A stretch of 8,834 nt of DNA. Origin: a virus. Its lineage: Monodnaviria; Loebvirae; Hofneiviricota; Faserviricetes; Tubulavirales; Inoviridae. Every line of letters begins with the position of its first letter. Within the stretch, counting starts at the first letter, position 1. Shown here in pieces: positions 1-8,834 of this stretch. A program made the translations under genes and the position numbers. A model generated the notes under the pieces. It saw only the letters and a program-made list of their open reading frames with translations. It was not told where the DNA came from and ran no database searches. Location: IMG/VR virus record IMGVR_UViG_2531839441_000001, one strand, 5' to 3'.

Positions 1-252
1 ATGCCAAGCCACAGCCAGATGATGCGGTGGCAGTGGGAGCACATTGATTTTCGCGAAGGTATTGCCTGGATGTCATGGCTGTGGTGCGCAGAGGCCGGAC
101 GCCGTGCCGTCGAGATAATCGACGAGGTTGATATAAACGCAGAGGACGGGCCGAAGCAGTTACGCAAAGCAGAAGCAAAGGCAAAGGCACTACTCGCAGC
201 CGCCAAGCTGAATAGTTTAAAACATTCGCCATTTGGAGATGACAAGCAATGA
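1..252 (+). CDS. hypothetical protein, probably C-terminal part of a longer ORF entering from the left edge
   Basis: Frame is open from position 1 to TGA at 250-252; the ATG at position 1 may be an internal codon. Stop overlaps the ATG of the next ORF (ATGA at 249-252). No recognisable motif; C-terminus is Ala/Lys-rich and helical-looking (KAEAKAKALLAAAKL). Confidence 0.35.
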   Translation: MPSHSQMMRWQWEHIDFREGIAWMSWLWCAEAGRRAVEIIDEVDINAEDGPKQLRKAEAKAKALLAAAKLNSLKHSPFGDDKQ

Positions 253-842
253 CACTGATCCGCACAGAAACCAAAGACAGCAAACGGGCCGCAGACCCAT
301 TACACGACCTGCGTAGCAAGCCGTTTTCTGAGTGGGGCGAAGATGAAATCAGGCGTTTTGATCTGACTGACGCGCTCCTTGAGTTTGTCTATACAGACAC
401 ATCCAGCCCGTTCGGTATCGGCATGACCTTCGATTATACGGAGTGTTGGGAGTTAGGTATCCGTGACGATTGCCTGGTAATAACGCGCGTTAAACCAGTG
501 CATCCAGAGTATGCGAAACACTGGAATATGCGCGGGGTGATGACTGATGCCACCCGCTTCCACGCAGACAAGTGGGTTGGATACAGTAAGGTTCTTGCCT
601 GGGTGAGCTTATCGCACAAAGACACTTTCGCGGGTTCAAAACGGTTCCAATACTTCCAGACGATGTATGAACTTGAACGCCAGTTTAATTCAACTCTTCC
701 GGTTGGCGGCCTTCCTTTCGTTGATACTGAGCGATCTGGCAAGCTGTTCCAGCGTGATGACTTTTCTGAGGATAGTCACGCAAACGATCCGAAGTTGGTT
801 AATGATGACTACGTGCCAGCGCCACCGGAGCAAGTCGATTAA
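249..842 (+). CDS. hypothetical protein, 197 aa, unknown function
   Basis: Uninterrupted ORF with ATG overlapping the upstream stop (translational coupling); no signal peptide or hydrophobic segment; acidic C-terminus (DDFSEDSHANDPKLVNDDY). No family recognised by eye. Confidence 0.5.
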   Translation: MTLIRTETKDSKRAADPLHDLRSKPFSEWGEDEIRRFDLTDALLEFVYTDTSSPFGIGMTFDYTECWELGIRDDCLVITRVKPVHPEYAKHWNMRGVMTDATRFHADKWVGYSKVLAWVSLSHKDTFAGSKRFQYFQTMYELERQFNSTLPVGGLPFVDTERSGKLFQRDDFSEDSHANDPKLVNDDYVPAPPEQVD

Positions 843-894
843 AGTACACGCGCAGCCAACGCCAGGGGCATCCAGACTGGCGGAATATATCCAT

Positions 895-990
895 AGTGCG
901 CATTAGATATATGCCGTTATGTTGAATCGGGTGCGGCGAAAATGGCGAGCGCCGCGCCCGATTTACACATAACGCTCTTGTGCGCATTGT
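895..990. other. dif-like forked stem-loop A, candidate XerCD attP-type site
   Basis: AGTGCGCATTA (895-905; E. coli dif XerC arm is GGTGCGCATAA) + 11 nt + TTATGTTGAAT (917-927; dif XerD arm is TTATGTTAAAT). 14-bp GC-rich stem 925-938 pairs with 950-963 around an 11-nt loop (939-949); 7-bp stem GTTATGT (916-922) with ACATAAC (967-973); outer stem through the palindromic TGCGCA core (897-902 with 981-986); asymmetric internal loop of about 10 nt versus 5 nt. Confidence 0.5.
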
Positions 991-1040
991 CAGGAGTCAT
1001 TTGTCTCACACGGACACCTTAATTCAGCTACCACAATGCC

Positions 1041-1135
1041 AGTGCGCATAATGTGTTACACGTTATGTTGAAAAGGCCGCTGCGATACTCTCCACCGCAG
1101 CGGCCTTTTTACACATAACGTCATTGTGCGCACTG
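1041..1135. other. dif-like forked stem-loop B, paralog of A, candidate XerCD attP-type site
   Basis: AGTGCGCATAA (1041-1051, 10/11 to dif XerC arm) + 10-11 nt + TTATGTTGAAA (1063-1073). Perfect 14-bp stem 1071-1084 with 1096-1109 and 11-nt loop 1085-1095; 7-bp stem GTTATGT (1062-1068) with ACATAAC (1113-1119); 11-bp outer stem 1041-1051 with 1124-1134 (one G-T). Same architecture as A, with different but still complementary distal-stem sequence (covariation). Confidence 0.5.
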
Positions 1136-1356
1136 GCCCTCAGTTCTCCGGTCTGAATTCGTCGCCCTGATAAGCAGGTTTTAGCAATGGGAAAACAGGT
1201 GGCTCCTGTTATCGATGCAGAATGTCCTGACCTCAGCCGTACCGCACCGCAGCGAGTGGAGGCGGAGAAGGACGACGGAGGAGGACGCCGACAACGACAG
1301 GAGCGAGGGCGGTGCGGCTGTTGTTCAAATTTGTTATATCGTAGCTTGCTATTTTA

Positions 1357-1722
1357 TTATGGCCTGTAATAGATATTTAAACTTTTAAATTCTTTGTATT
1401 GCTCCTTCGTTGGCGCATCTACTTTTATATTTTTCGTTGCCTTTACAACCATATTGCATAGCTCATAATCACCTTTTATATTTCGAATCCCGTTCATTTT
1501 TCCATCCATTTCTAAATTTATTTTGAATTCACATATTCTACCTTTGTATCGTTTTGTGTTTTCTTTTTCTATGTGCTTTTGTATTTCTTTTCTCACCTTC
1601 CCCAGATATTGGTCTTTTTTGCAGTTGTTATTATTGCATCTGTATGTTTCATAATTACTTTTTGCATTCGCGCTTAGTGTCACACCTATTAGCATCAATG
1701 CTATTTTCATTTTTTTCTTCAT
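1357..1722 (-). CDS. secreted TolA C-terminal domain (domain III)-like protein, 121 aa
   Basis: Minus-strand ORF with RBS GAGGG about 6 nt upstream of ATG. N-terminal signal peptide MKKKMKIALMLIGVTLSANA. Remainder (YLGKVRKEIQKHIEK...YKGRICEFKINLEMDGKMNGIRNIKGDYELCNMVVKATKNIKVDAPTKEQYKEFKSLNIYYRP) aligns by eye with the remembered E. coli TolA C-terminus (YAGQIKSAIESKF...YAGKTCTLRIKLAPDGMLLDIKPEGGDPALCQAALAAAKLAKIPKPPSQAVYEVFKNAPLDFKP), including both Cys and the terminal [FY]-[KR]-P. Lies in the AT-rich cassette. Confidence 0.65.
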   Translation of the reverse strand: MKKKMKIALMLIGVTLSANAKSNYETYRCNNNNCKKDQYLGKVRKEIQKHIEKENTKRYKGRICEFKINLEMDGKMNGIRNIKGDYELCNMVVKATKNIKVDAPTKEQYKEFKSLNIYYRP

Positions 1723-1784
1723 GTACCCTCATTGTTTTTGAAGCATTATTTTTATTTAACAATCTTCATATTGTCTGATGATTA

Positions 1785-1973
1785 TTATTTTTTTTGTGTG
1801 ATTTCATTCTTTGAAATCATATCTTGCTTTGCATCGTTCAAATATTGGTCTATCAGATAATTTACAATCTCTGACCATTTTGTGACTTTTCCTGTTTTTG
1901 CTGTGATGTCTACAGCTGCTCGTTCTATTCTCAGGTATCTCTCGTTGCTTATACCAATACTTTTTCTGCTCAT
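1785..1973 (-). CDS. small DNA-binding regulator, ribbon-helix-helix-like (candidate phage repressor)
   Basis: 62-aa minus-strand ORF with RBS AGAGGGTG 4 nt before ATG. N-terminal beta-strand-like basic segment (RKSIGIS) followed by two predicted helices (NERYLRIERAAVDI; WSEIVNYLIDQYL), typical of Arc/CopG-type RHH proteins. Divergent from the replication gene, like rstR/rstA in CTXphi. Confidence 0.55.
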   Translation of the reverse strand: MSRKSIGISNERYLRIERAAVDITAKTGKVTKWSEIVNYLIDQYLNDAKQDMISKNEITQKK

Positions 1974-4110
<2,137 letters not shown>

Positions 4111-4156
4111 CAATAACTGTCCCTGAGTGAGTTTTTAACGTTGAGGAGTCTGATTT

Positions 4157-4582
4157 ATGAGTGAGTTTTACGATAGTTTTCCGTTTCCTTCCCCTGATGG
4201 TTTTGCTTCAGGCATGACAATGGCGGGATATTTTATTCATGTGGCCGTTACAAATGATGATGAGTTAAAGCCCGGCAGTTCTCATTATGACCCTGAGGCA
4301 AAACCCAAATATGCCATTGTTATTGCCTATCCGTATGAGGACCGGAAATTAAAAGTTCGTCGTGAGGAGCATGAAAGATTTTCCTGTACTGAGGAGGACT
4401 TTAAATTCCTTAATTCGTGCTCTGACCTGCGGGGTAAACCTGTTTATCTCACGGTGGATGTTAATTCATGGTCAACCGGTTCAGAACGTCATGGTGTCTG
4501 GTATCGTTTTATTTCCGGTTCCATGAAACGTTTTGATGGTAAACCTGTTGGTCCTTTACTTCCTGGAAAGGAGAAACTGTAA
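4157..4582 (+). CDS. hypothetical protein, positional analog of the ssDNA-binding protein (gV / RstB)
   Basis: 141-aa ORF directly after rep with RBS GAGGAG 8 nt upstream of ATG; no hydrophobic segment. No sequence similarity to M13 gV recognised by eye, so the function is inferred from gene order only. Confidence 0.55.
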   Translation: MSEFYDSFPFPSPDGFASGMTMAGYFIHVAVTNDDELKPGSSHYDPEAKPKYAIVIAYPYEDRKLKVRREEHERFSCTEEDFKFLNSCSDLRGKPVYLTVDVNSWSTGSERHGVWYRFISGSMKRFDGKPVGPLLPGKEKL

Positions 4583-4605
4583 TTATCATTCGCCTTAATG
4601 AGATT

Positions 4606-4707
4606 ATGTCAGTAGCGGAATTTTTTATTCTTATTCTCTTTGGCGCTGTGCCAGTGCTGATATTTTCACTGGCTTTTATTGGTGGAGTCATTACGGGAAG
4701 GCGTTAA
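4606..4707 (+). CDS. 33-aa hydrophobic peptide, pVII-like minor coat protein candidate
   Basis: ATG 4606 to TAA 4705-4707: MSVAEFFILILFGAVPVLIFSLAFIGGVITGRR. Single membrane helix with basic C-terminus, same length as M13 pVII (33 aa, ends GGQR), in the gVII/gIX position between gV and gVIII. Below the 60-aa cutoff of the ORF track. Confidence 0.45.
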   Translation: MSVAEFFILILFGAVPVLIFSLAFIGGVITGRR

Positions 4708-4709
4708 TA

Positions 4710-4868
4710 ATGCTTTCTGAGGCAAATTTTCTTGTGACAATATCCGGCGTGGGTTCTTATCCTCCGCTTGTTGCACTTTTTGGTATATGGGCCATCAGCT
4801 GGCTTGCCGGTTTTGGCTTCGGGTATGTGTTTTCCCTGACAAAAACACTTTTTTCATCTTTTTTGTAA
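4710..4868 (+). CDS. 52-aa hydrophobic peptide, pIX-like minor coat protein candidate
   Basis: ATG 4710 lies 2 nt after the stop of the 33-aa ORF (TAATAATG): MLSEANFLVTISGVGSYPPLVALFGIWAISWLAGFGFGYVFSLTKTLFSSFL, ending TAA 4866-4868 just before the coat-gene RBS. Hydrophobic and small, as expected for pIX. Confidence 0.35.
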   Translation: MLSEANFLVTISGVGSYPPLVALFGIWAISWLAGFGFGYVFSLTKTLFSSFL

Positions 4869-4888
4869 TAATACAGGAGTTATATATT

Positions 4889-5164
4889 ATGTCTGTTCGT
4901 GAAAAAGCAGTTACGTTCGTAAAAAAACCTCTGGTCATTGCATCTTCCCTGATGCTGGCGTCCGGTCCTGTTCTGGCTGATGATGTGAGTTATACCCCCG
5001 GACAGGCAGTTATCAGTAAAGCGATGATTGACCCGGTGGTGAACTCCATTTTGTCAACGCTGGGCGTGGTGGGAACCGCAGCATTTCTTTTACTGGGCTT
5101 TGGCGTTTCTTTAATGATTGGTTTCCGCGTAGTGAAATCCCTCTTCAGAATGGCATCTTCCTGA
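4889..5164 (+). CDS. major coat protein precursor (pVIII-like), 91 aa
   Basis: RBS AGGAG (4875-4879) then ATG 4889. Signal peptide MSVREKAVTFVKKPLVIASSLMLASGPVLA; mature part has an acidic N-terminus (DDVSY), a hydrophobic core (GVVGTAAFLLLGFGVSLMIGF) and a basic C-terminus (RVVKSLFR), the canonical inovirus major-coat architecture. The track ORF 4787-5164 is an upstream extension of this frame. Confidence 0.8.
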   Translation: MSVREKAVTFVKKPLVIASSLMLASGPVLADDVSYTPGQAVISKAMIDPVVNSILSTLGVVGTAAFLLLGFGVSLMIGFRVVKSLFRMASS

Positions 5165-5185
5165 TGCTGTTTAATTAATAATACA

Positions 5186-5206
5186 GGGGCCGTGCGCCCC
5201 TTTTTT
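5186..5206 (+). terminator. rho-independent terminator after the coat gene
   Basis: GGGGC (5186-5190), loop CGTGC, GCCCC (5196-5200), followed by TTTTTT (5201-5206). Same position as the strong terminator between gVIII and gIII in Ff phages. Confidence 0.6.
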
Positions 5207-5219
5207 ATCAGAGGTCATT

Positions 5220-6254
5220 ATGCGGCTGTTATTTCTGCTTTTATTTCTTCCGTTCTTTTCATCTGCTGAATCATTCACAAGAACATTTGTGCCTTTTAAA
5301 TTAACTGAAGCTGATGAGGTCTGTATTTCCCGCCCGGCGCTGCAGGGGGTCACACTTTCCGGAGCGTTTCGCAGTGATAATACATGGTATGCCGTTCTGG
5401 ATGGCTGTATTTATAGGGCGACAGGTGTGATTGTTGGCAGTGAAACAGGTGATGTCGCCGCTGACTGGATCCCTGTGGCAGCTTATGAGCCTTCGGATGG
5501 TGATGGCGGGGACGGGGATAACAGCGGCGGCAACGGAGACAACAGTTCCGGTGATGATAATGATAACGCTGTATCCGGTCAGGTTTCTGCTGTCTATTTG
5601 CTTGAACTTGCGGATACACTGAGGAGACAGGAGTGTGATAATAATCCGCTGTTAATCTGTGGTTCGTTTTCAGGATATTATCCCCCGCGGAAAACTATGC
5701 CTTTATCTGAGTTGCGCGCTCACGCAAAATATTACTCCTGCACTCCCAACGGTTCCGGCTGGCAGAACCTTTATAACAGCACCTGTTATTTAAGGGAGGG
5801 TTATAAAATTGAGGACGGGAAAATTGTTCCTGACAACGGTAATGAGGAAGATAACAACGGTAGTGAAGATAATAATTCCGGCAGCGAGGGCGGTAATAAT
5901 TCCGGTGGTGGAAATACCGGGAGTGACGGCAATGATAATAACACCGGAAACGGGGATGACGGTCTTTCTGATGAGTGGGGAAGAAAAATATATTATCTGC
6001 TGAATGCCGGACTGCCTGCCATCGGAGACAAAATTGACAGCTTTCATAGCAGCTACATTGAACTTCAGAATAAAACCCTTGTTACCATGGATTATATGAC
6101 AGAAAGGCAGGTGAAATATTTACACAGCATTGATGAAAAATTTGGTGCACTGACAGAGCCGGATAAAAACTACTCTTCGTCTCAGGCGCAGTTTAACAGC
6201 ACCATGCAGGGGATTATTGAGAACGGTATAAGTTCAGTGGAGCAGGGCGTATAG
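5220..6254 (+). CDS. pIII-like adsorption/minor coat protein, 344 codons ending at an in-frame TAG
   Basis: RBS GAGG then ATG 5220; signal peptide MRLLFLLLFLPFFSSA. N1-like domain (DGCIYRATGVIVGSETGD...WIPVAAYEP; compare M13 pIII N1 EGCLWNATGVVVCTGDET...WVPIGLAIPE). Two Gly/Asp/Asn/Ser-rich linkers (about 5494-5568 and 5836-5965) flank a Cys-containing middle domain. Frame stops at TAG 6252-6254 inside the C-terminal domain. Confidence 0.85.
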   Translation: MRLLFLLLFLPFFSSAESFTRTFVPFKLTEADEVCISRPALQGVTLSGAFRSDNTWYAVLDGCIYRATGVIVGSETGDVAADWIPVAAYEPSDGDGGDGDNSGGNGDNSSGDDNDNAVSGQVSAVYLLELADTLRRQECDNNPLLICGSFSGYYPPRKTMPLSELRAHAKYYSCTPNGSGWQNLYNSTCYLREGYKIEDGKIVPDNGNEEDNNGSEDNNSGSEGGNNSGGGNTGSDGNDNNTGNGDDGLSDEWGRKIYYLLNAGLPAIGDKIDSFHSSYIELQNKTLVTMDYMTERQVKYLHSIDEKFGALTEPDKNYSSSQAQFNSTMQGIIENGISSVEQGV

Positions 6255-6293
6255 GACCGGATTCAGGAACTTATTCCCCTGATTGAAGATTAT

Positions 6294-6545
6294 GTGCCTG
6301 TGCTTAATTTTTCCGGCATTATTCCTCAGGGCTTCTTCGGCAATAACAGGGATGTCTGTGTGCCACTGGATTTAAGTTTTTCATTCCGGCCTTTCGGGGG
6401 GGAGGAAATGCCCTTTAATCTCTCCACGGAAGGTGTCTGTCGTATTTATGACGATTATCTGCGGGAGGTTATTCGCTTTTTTATTTATGTCATCACCGCA
6501 GTGTCATTAGTCATCCTGGTTGATAAATCATTATCCGGTAGGTAA
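6294..6545 (+). CDS. pIII C-terminal membrane-anchor segment, in the same frame as 5220-6254 downstream of the TAG
   Basis: Same reading frame as the pIII ORF (codons continue 6255 onward: DRIQELIPLIEDYVPVLNFSG...). Contains MPFNLSTEGVCRIYDDYLREVIRFFIYVITAVSLVILVDKS (compare M13 pIII C-terminus KPYEFSIDCDKINLFRGVFAFLLYVATFMYVFSTFANIL). Track start 6294 is a GTG, not a convincing independent start. Confidence 0.6.
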   Translation: MPVLNFSGIIPQGFFGNNRDVCVPLDLSFSFRPFGGEEMPFNLSTEGVCRIYDDYLREVIRFFIYVITAVSLVILVDKSLSGR

Positions 6546-6547
6546 AT

Positions 6548-6907
6548 ATGCCAGCTGTTTTTATGGGACTGACGGTCTTTTTTAAGGATATGATGATATT
6601 TCTGGTGCCGTTTATTTTCCGGTGCCTCCTGCGTTTTTTTCTCCTCAAGTCCGTGATTGCGCTGACCACGGTCGGGGTCTGGTATGGGTTTTACAGCGTT
6701 TTTATTTCCTTCGTGAATGAAAAGTTTTCTTCCCTGATGCTGACCTCTCCGGTATTCACGCATCCGGTCTGGATCAGCGTGTCCAGCCTGTTTCCGGATA
6801 ACCTTCCGGTCTGCCTGAATATTATTACCGGCGCATGGTCGCTGTATTTTGCCTTCCGGGTGAAGGCTTTCATTCTCGGAAAACTGACACTGGGTTTAAT
6901 GAAGTAG
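6548..6907 (+). CDS. pVI-like minor coat / membrane protein, 119 aa
   Basis: ATG 2 nt after the preceding stop; strongly hydrophobic multi-helix protein of pVI size (M13 pVI is 112 aa) in the gVI position between gIII and gI. Confidence 0.7.
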   Translation: MPAVFMGLTVFFKDMMIFLVPFIFRCLLRFFLLKSVIALTTVGVWYGFYSVFISFVNEKFSSLMLTSPVFTHPVWISVSSLFPDNLPVCLNIITGAWSLYFAFRVKAFILGKLTLGLMK

Positions 6908-6914
6908 GGGTGTT

Positions 6915-8171
6915 ATGGCTGTTTACTGGGTGACAGGAAAAATGCGCAACGGGAAGGGGCTGTTCTGCTCCATGGTGGCAAAACAGTTTTACCGTCGCGG
7001 ACACAGAATTGCGGCAAATTACCCGCTTGATACTGAAAAAATGGACCCGGCTTCATCGCATCCGGTGACCGTGCTTCCGGCCCGTCCTCGTCCTGAAGAT
7101 TTCTGGGCGCTGGGGCGTGGTTGTGATGAAAATGAGAAGGAGCGGTTTGGTGCGTTATTTCTGGATGAGGTCGGAACATGGCTTAACGGCACATCTTCCG
7201 GCCGGGAATACCTGGAATATTACAAATGGTTTGTACAGTCCGGGAAACTGGGCTGGGATGTTTATATTCAGGTGCAGGATGAATCCGCCGTTGACAGCAA
7301 AATATTTAAATCCACGGGTGAGCTGATTGTCCGCTGCCGTCGTCTTGATCGTATTCGTGTCCCGGTCGTGTCCGATATTCTGGAACTCTGCATGCCGGAT
7401 AAGTTTGGCGATACGGGCAGCCGGAAAGGGCTTCTGCCGCACCTGATTTCGGCAAAAATTTATATCGGTGTTCCCCGGGCGAATTCCCGTCCCAATGAAT
7501 CCCGCGTTTTTTATGCGCCGTCCTTTTACGGTATCCATCCGACGAACATGGTATTTGATGACGGAATGGAACTGCTCGGAACGGGTGAGCATCAGCGGGT
7601 CTGTGATATGCGCGCCATGTATTCCCTGTTGCCCGGCAGAACCCTCCGGCAGTTCCGGCGGCTGCGTGAGCGGCAGGAGAAAGGGGATTTGCAGACCTTC
7701 ACGGCAGAGGAACGAAAGGAGCAGCAACAGGCGCGCCGTAAAAAACTGTTGTCCGTTGTGGTGGGTGGCCTGTTTTTCTGGTTCTGGGGACGTCTTGTGC
7801 TGGATTTTTTCTCCGGCACACCTGATGAGCCGGCTGCAACGGTCATGCAGGCACCACCACAGGTAATCACCACTGAAAAAGCGCCGCCTGTACCACAGGT
7901 CGCATCTCCGGCAGAACTGCCGCTTTCCCGTGTCTGGCGGCTTTCCGGTCATATGCGTGACGGCAACAGGCAGGGGGTTTTTATTCTGCGCAGTAACAGC
8001 AACGTCACGCGGCTTGTGCGCAGTGAACTGCCGTATGAAGGGCTGCTTACTGTACTGGAACTGGATGGCGAACACATCACGTTTCACAGCGGGTCAGGCA
8101 GTGAACCTTCCCCGTCGCGTTCGTCCGGCAGCGGTGCCGGGGGGATGTCCGTTTCTCTCACCACACCATAG
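6915..8171 (+). CDS. pI / Zot-family phage assembly NTPase, 418 aa
   Basis: N-terminus MAVYWVTGKMRNGKGLFCSMV (M13 pI: MAVYFVTGKLGSGKTLVSV); LFLDEVGTWLNG (M13 LVLDECGTWFNT); KLGWDVYIQVQDESAVDSK...RCRRLDRIRVPVV (M13 KLGWDIIFLVQDLSIVDKQ...YCRRLDRITLPFV); one transmembrane segment LLSVVVGGLFFWFWGRLVLDFF, then a Pro- and Ser/Gly-rich periplasmic tail. Confidence 0.9.
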   Translation: MAVYWVTGKMRNGKGLFCSMVAKQFYRRGHRIAANYPLDTEKMDPASSHPVTVLPARPRPEDFWALGRGCDENEKERFGALFLDEVGTWLNGTSSGREYLEYYKWFVQSGKLGWDVYIQVQDESAVDSKIFKSTGELIVRCRRLDRIRVPVVSDILELCMPDKFGDTGSRKGLLPHLISAKIYIGVPRANSRPNESRVFYAPSFYGIHPTNMVFDDGMELLGTGEHQRVCDMRAMYSLLPGRTLRQFRRLRERQEKGDLQTFTAEERKEQQQARRKKLLSVVVGGLFFWFWGRLVLDFFSGTPDEPAATVMQAPPQVITTEKAPPVPQVASPAELPLSRVWRLSGHMRDGNRQGVFILRSNSNVTRLVRSELPYEGLLTVLELDGEHITFHSGSGSEPSPSRSSGSGAGGMSVSLTTP

Positions 8172-8180
8172 GGACAGAAT

Positions 8181-8834
<654 letters not shown>

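Noticed and set aside
434-906. Overlapping ORFs 434-742 (minus) and 667-906 (plus)
   Set aside because: Both overlap the better-supported 197-aa ORF in alternative frames or strands and lack start signals.
895-1135. Hairpins A and B as rho-independent terminators
   Set aside because: Neither is followed by a T-tract on either strand, and the shared internal architecture with dif-arm-like sequences is better explained by a recombination-site role.
1187-1369. 60-aa + strand ORF between hairpin B and the AT-rich cassette
   Set aside because: No ribosome-binding site, low-complexity Arg/Gly-rich product, and its 3' end runs into the convergent TolA-like gene; retained only as a weak possibility.
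4787-4888. N-terminal extension of the coat ORF (track start MGHQLACRF...)
   Set aside because: The true start is the ATG at 4889 preceded by AGGAG and followed by a canonical signal peptide; the upstream extension overlaps the 52-aa mini-ORF and has no RBS.
5350-6047. Short ORFs on both strands within the pIII linker regions (5350-5619, 5431-5622, 5790-6047, 5809-6003)
   Set aside because: Artifacts of the low-complexity Gly/Asp/Asn-rich repeats in the pIII linkers.
7155-8087. 310-aa minus-strand ORF spanning most of the pI/Zot-like gene
   Set aside because: The + strand frame has clear M13 pI homology; the long antisense frame is most likely a by-product of codon bias in a GC-rich region and has no start context.

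Overview
The window is dominated by a filamentous (Inovirus-type) prophage with CTXphi/Ff-like gene order on the + strand: replication initiator (2128-4110), a gV-position protein (4157-4582), two unannotated mini-ORFs in the pVII/pIX position (4606-4707, 4710-4868), major coat protein (4889-5164), a terminator, pIII-like adsorption protein (5220-6254, continued after an in-frame TAG to 6545), pVI-like (6548-6907), pI/Zot-like (6915-8171) and the start of a pIV-like secretin (8181-) that runs into the end of an IS21-family element carrying an istB fragment (about 8475-8834, minus strand). Left of the replication gene is a ~770-bp AT-rich cassette (about 30% GC in the one 60-nt stretch counted by hand, against about 60% in one hand-counted stretch of rep) transcribed divergently. 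It encodes a small ribbon-helix-helix-like regulator and a secreted protein that aligns by eye to the C-terminal domain III of TolA, and is separated from rep by a control region with tandem 8-bp TTGCAY repeats. Further left (895-1135) are two paralogous forked stem-loops built from XerC-arm-like and XerD-arm-like half sites, consistent with a CTXphi-type single-stranded attP for dif integration. Positions 1-842 hold two ORFs of unknown function. The most interesting hypothesis is that the TolA-III-like protein is a periplasmic decoy for superinfection exclusion. The element also looks partly degenerate (amber codon in gIII, secretin cut by the IS, non-canonical Walker A in pI). The layout resembles, from memory, the conserved E. 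coli K1 / Yersinia pestis filamentous prophage family, but I cannot verify that without a database search. All similarity statements are by-eye comparisons against remembered sequences.
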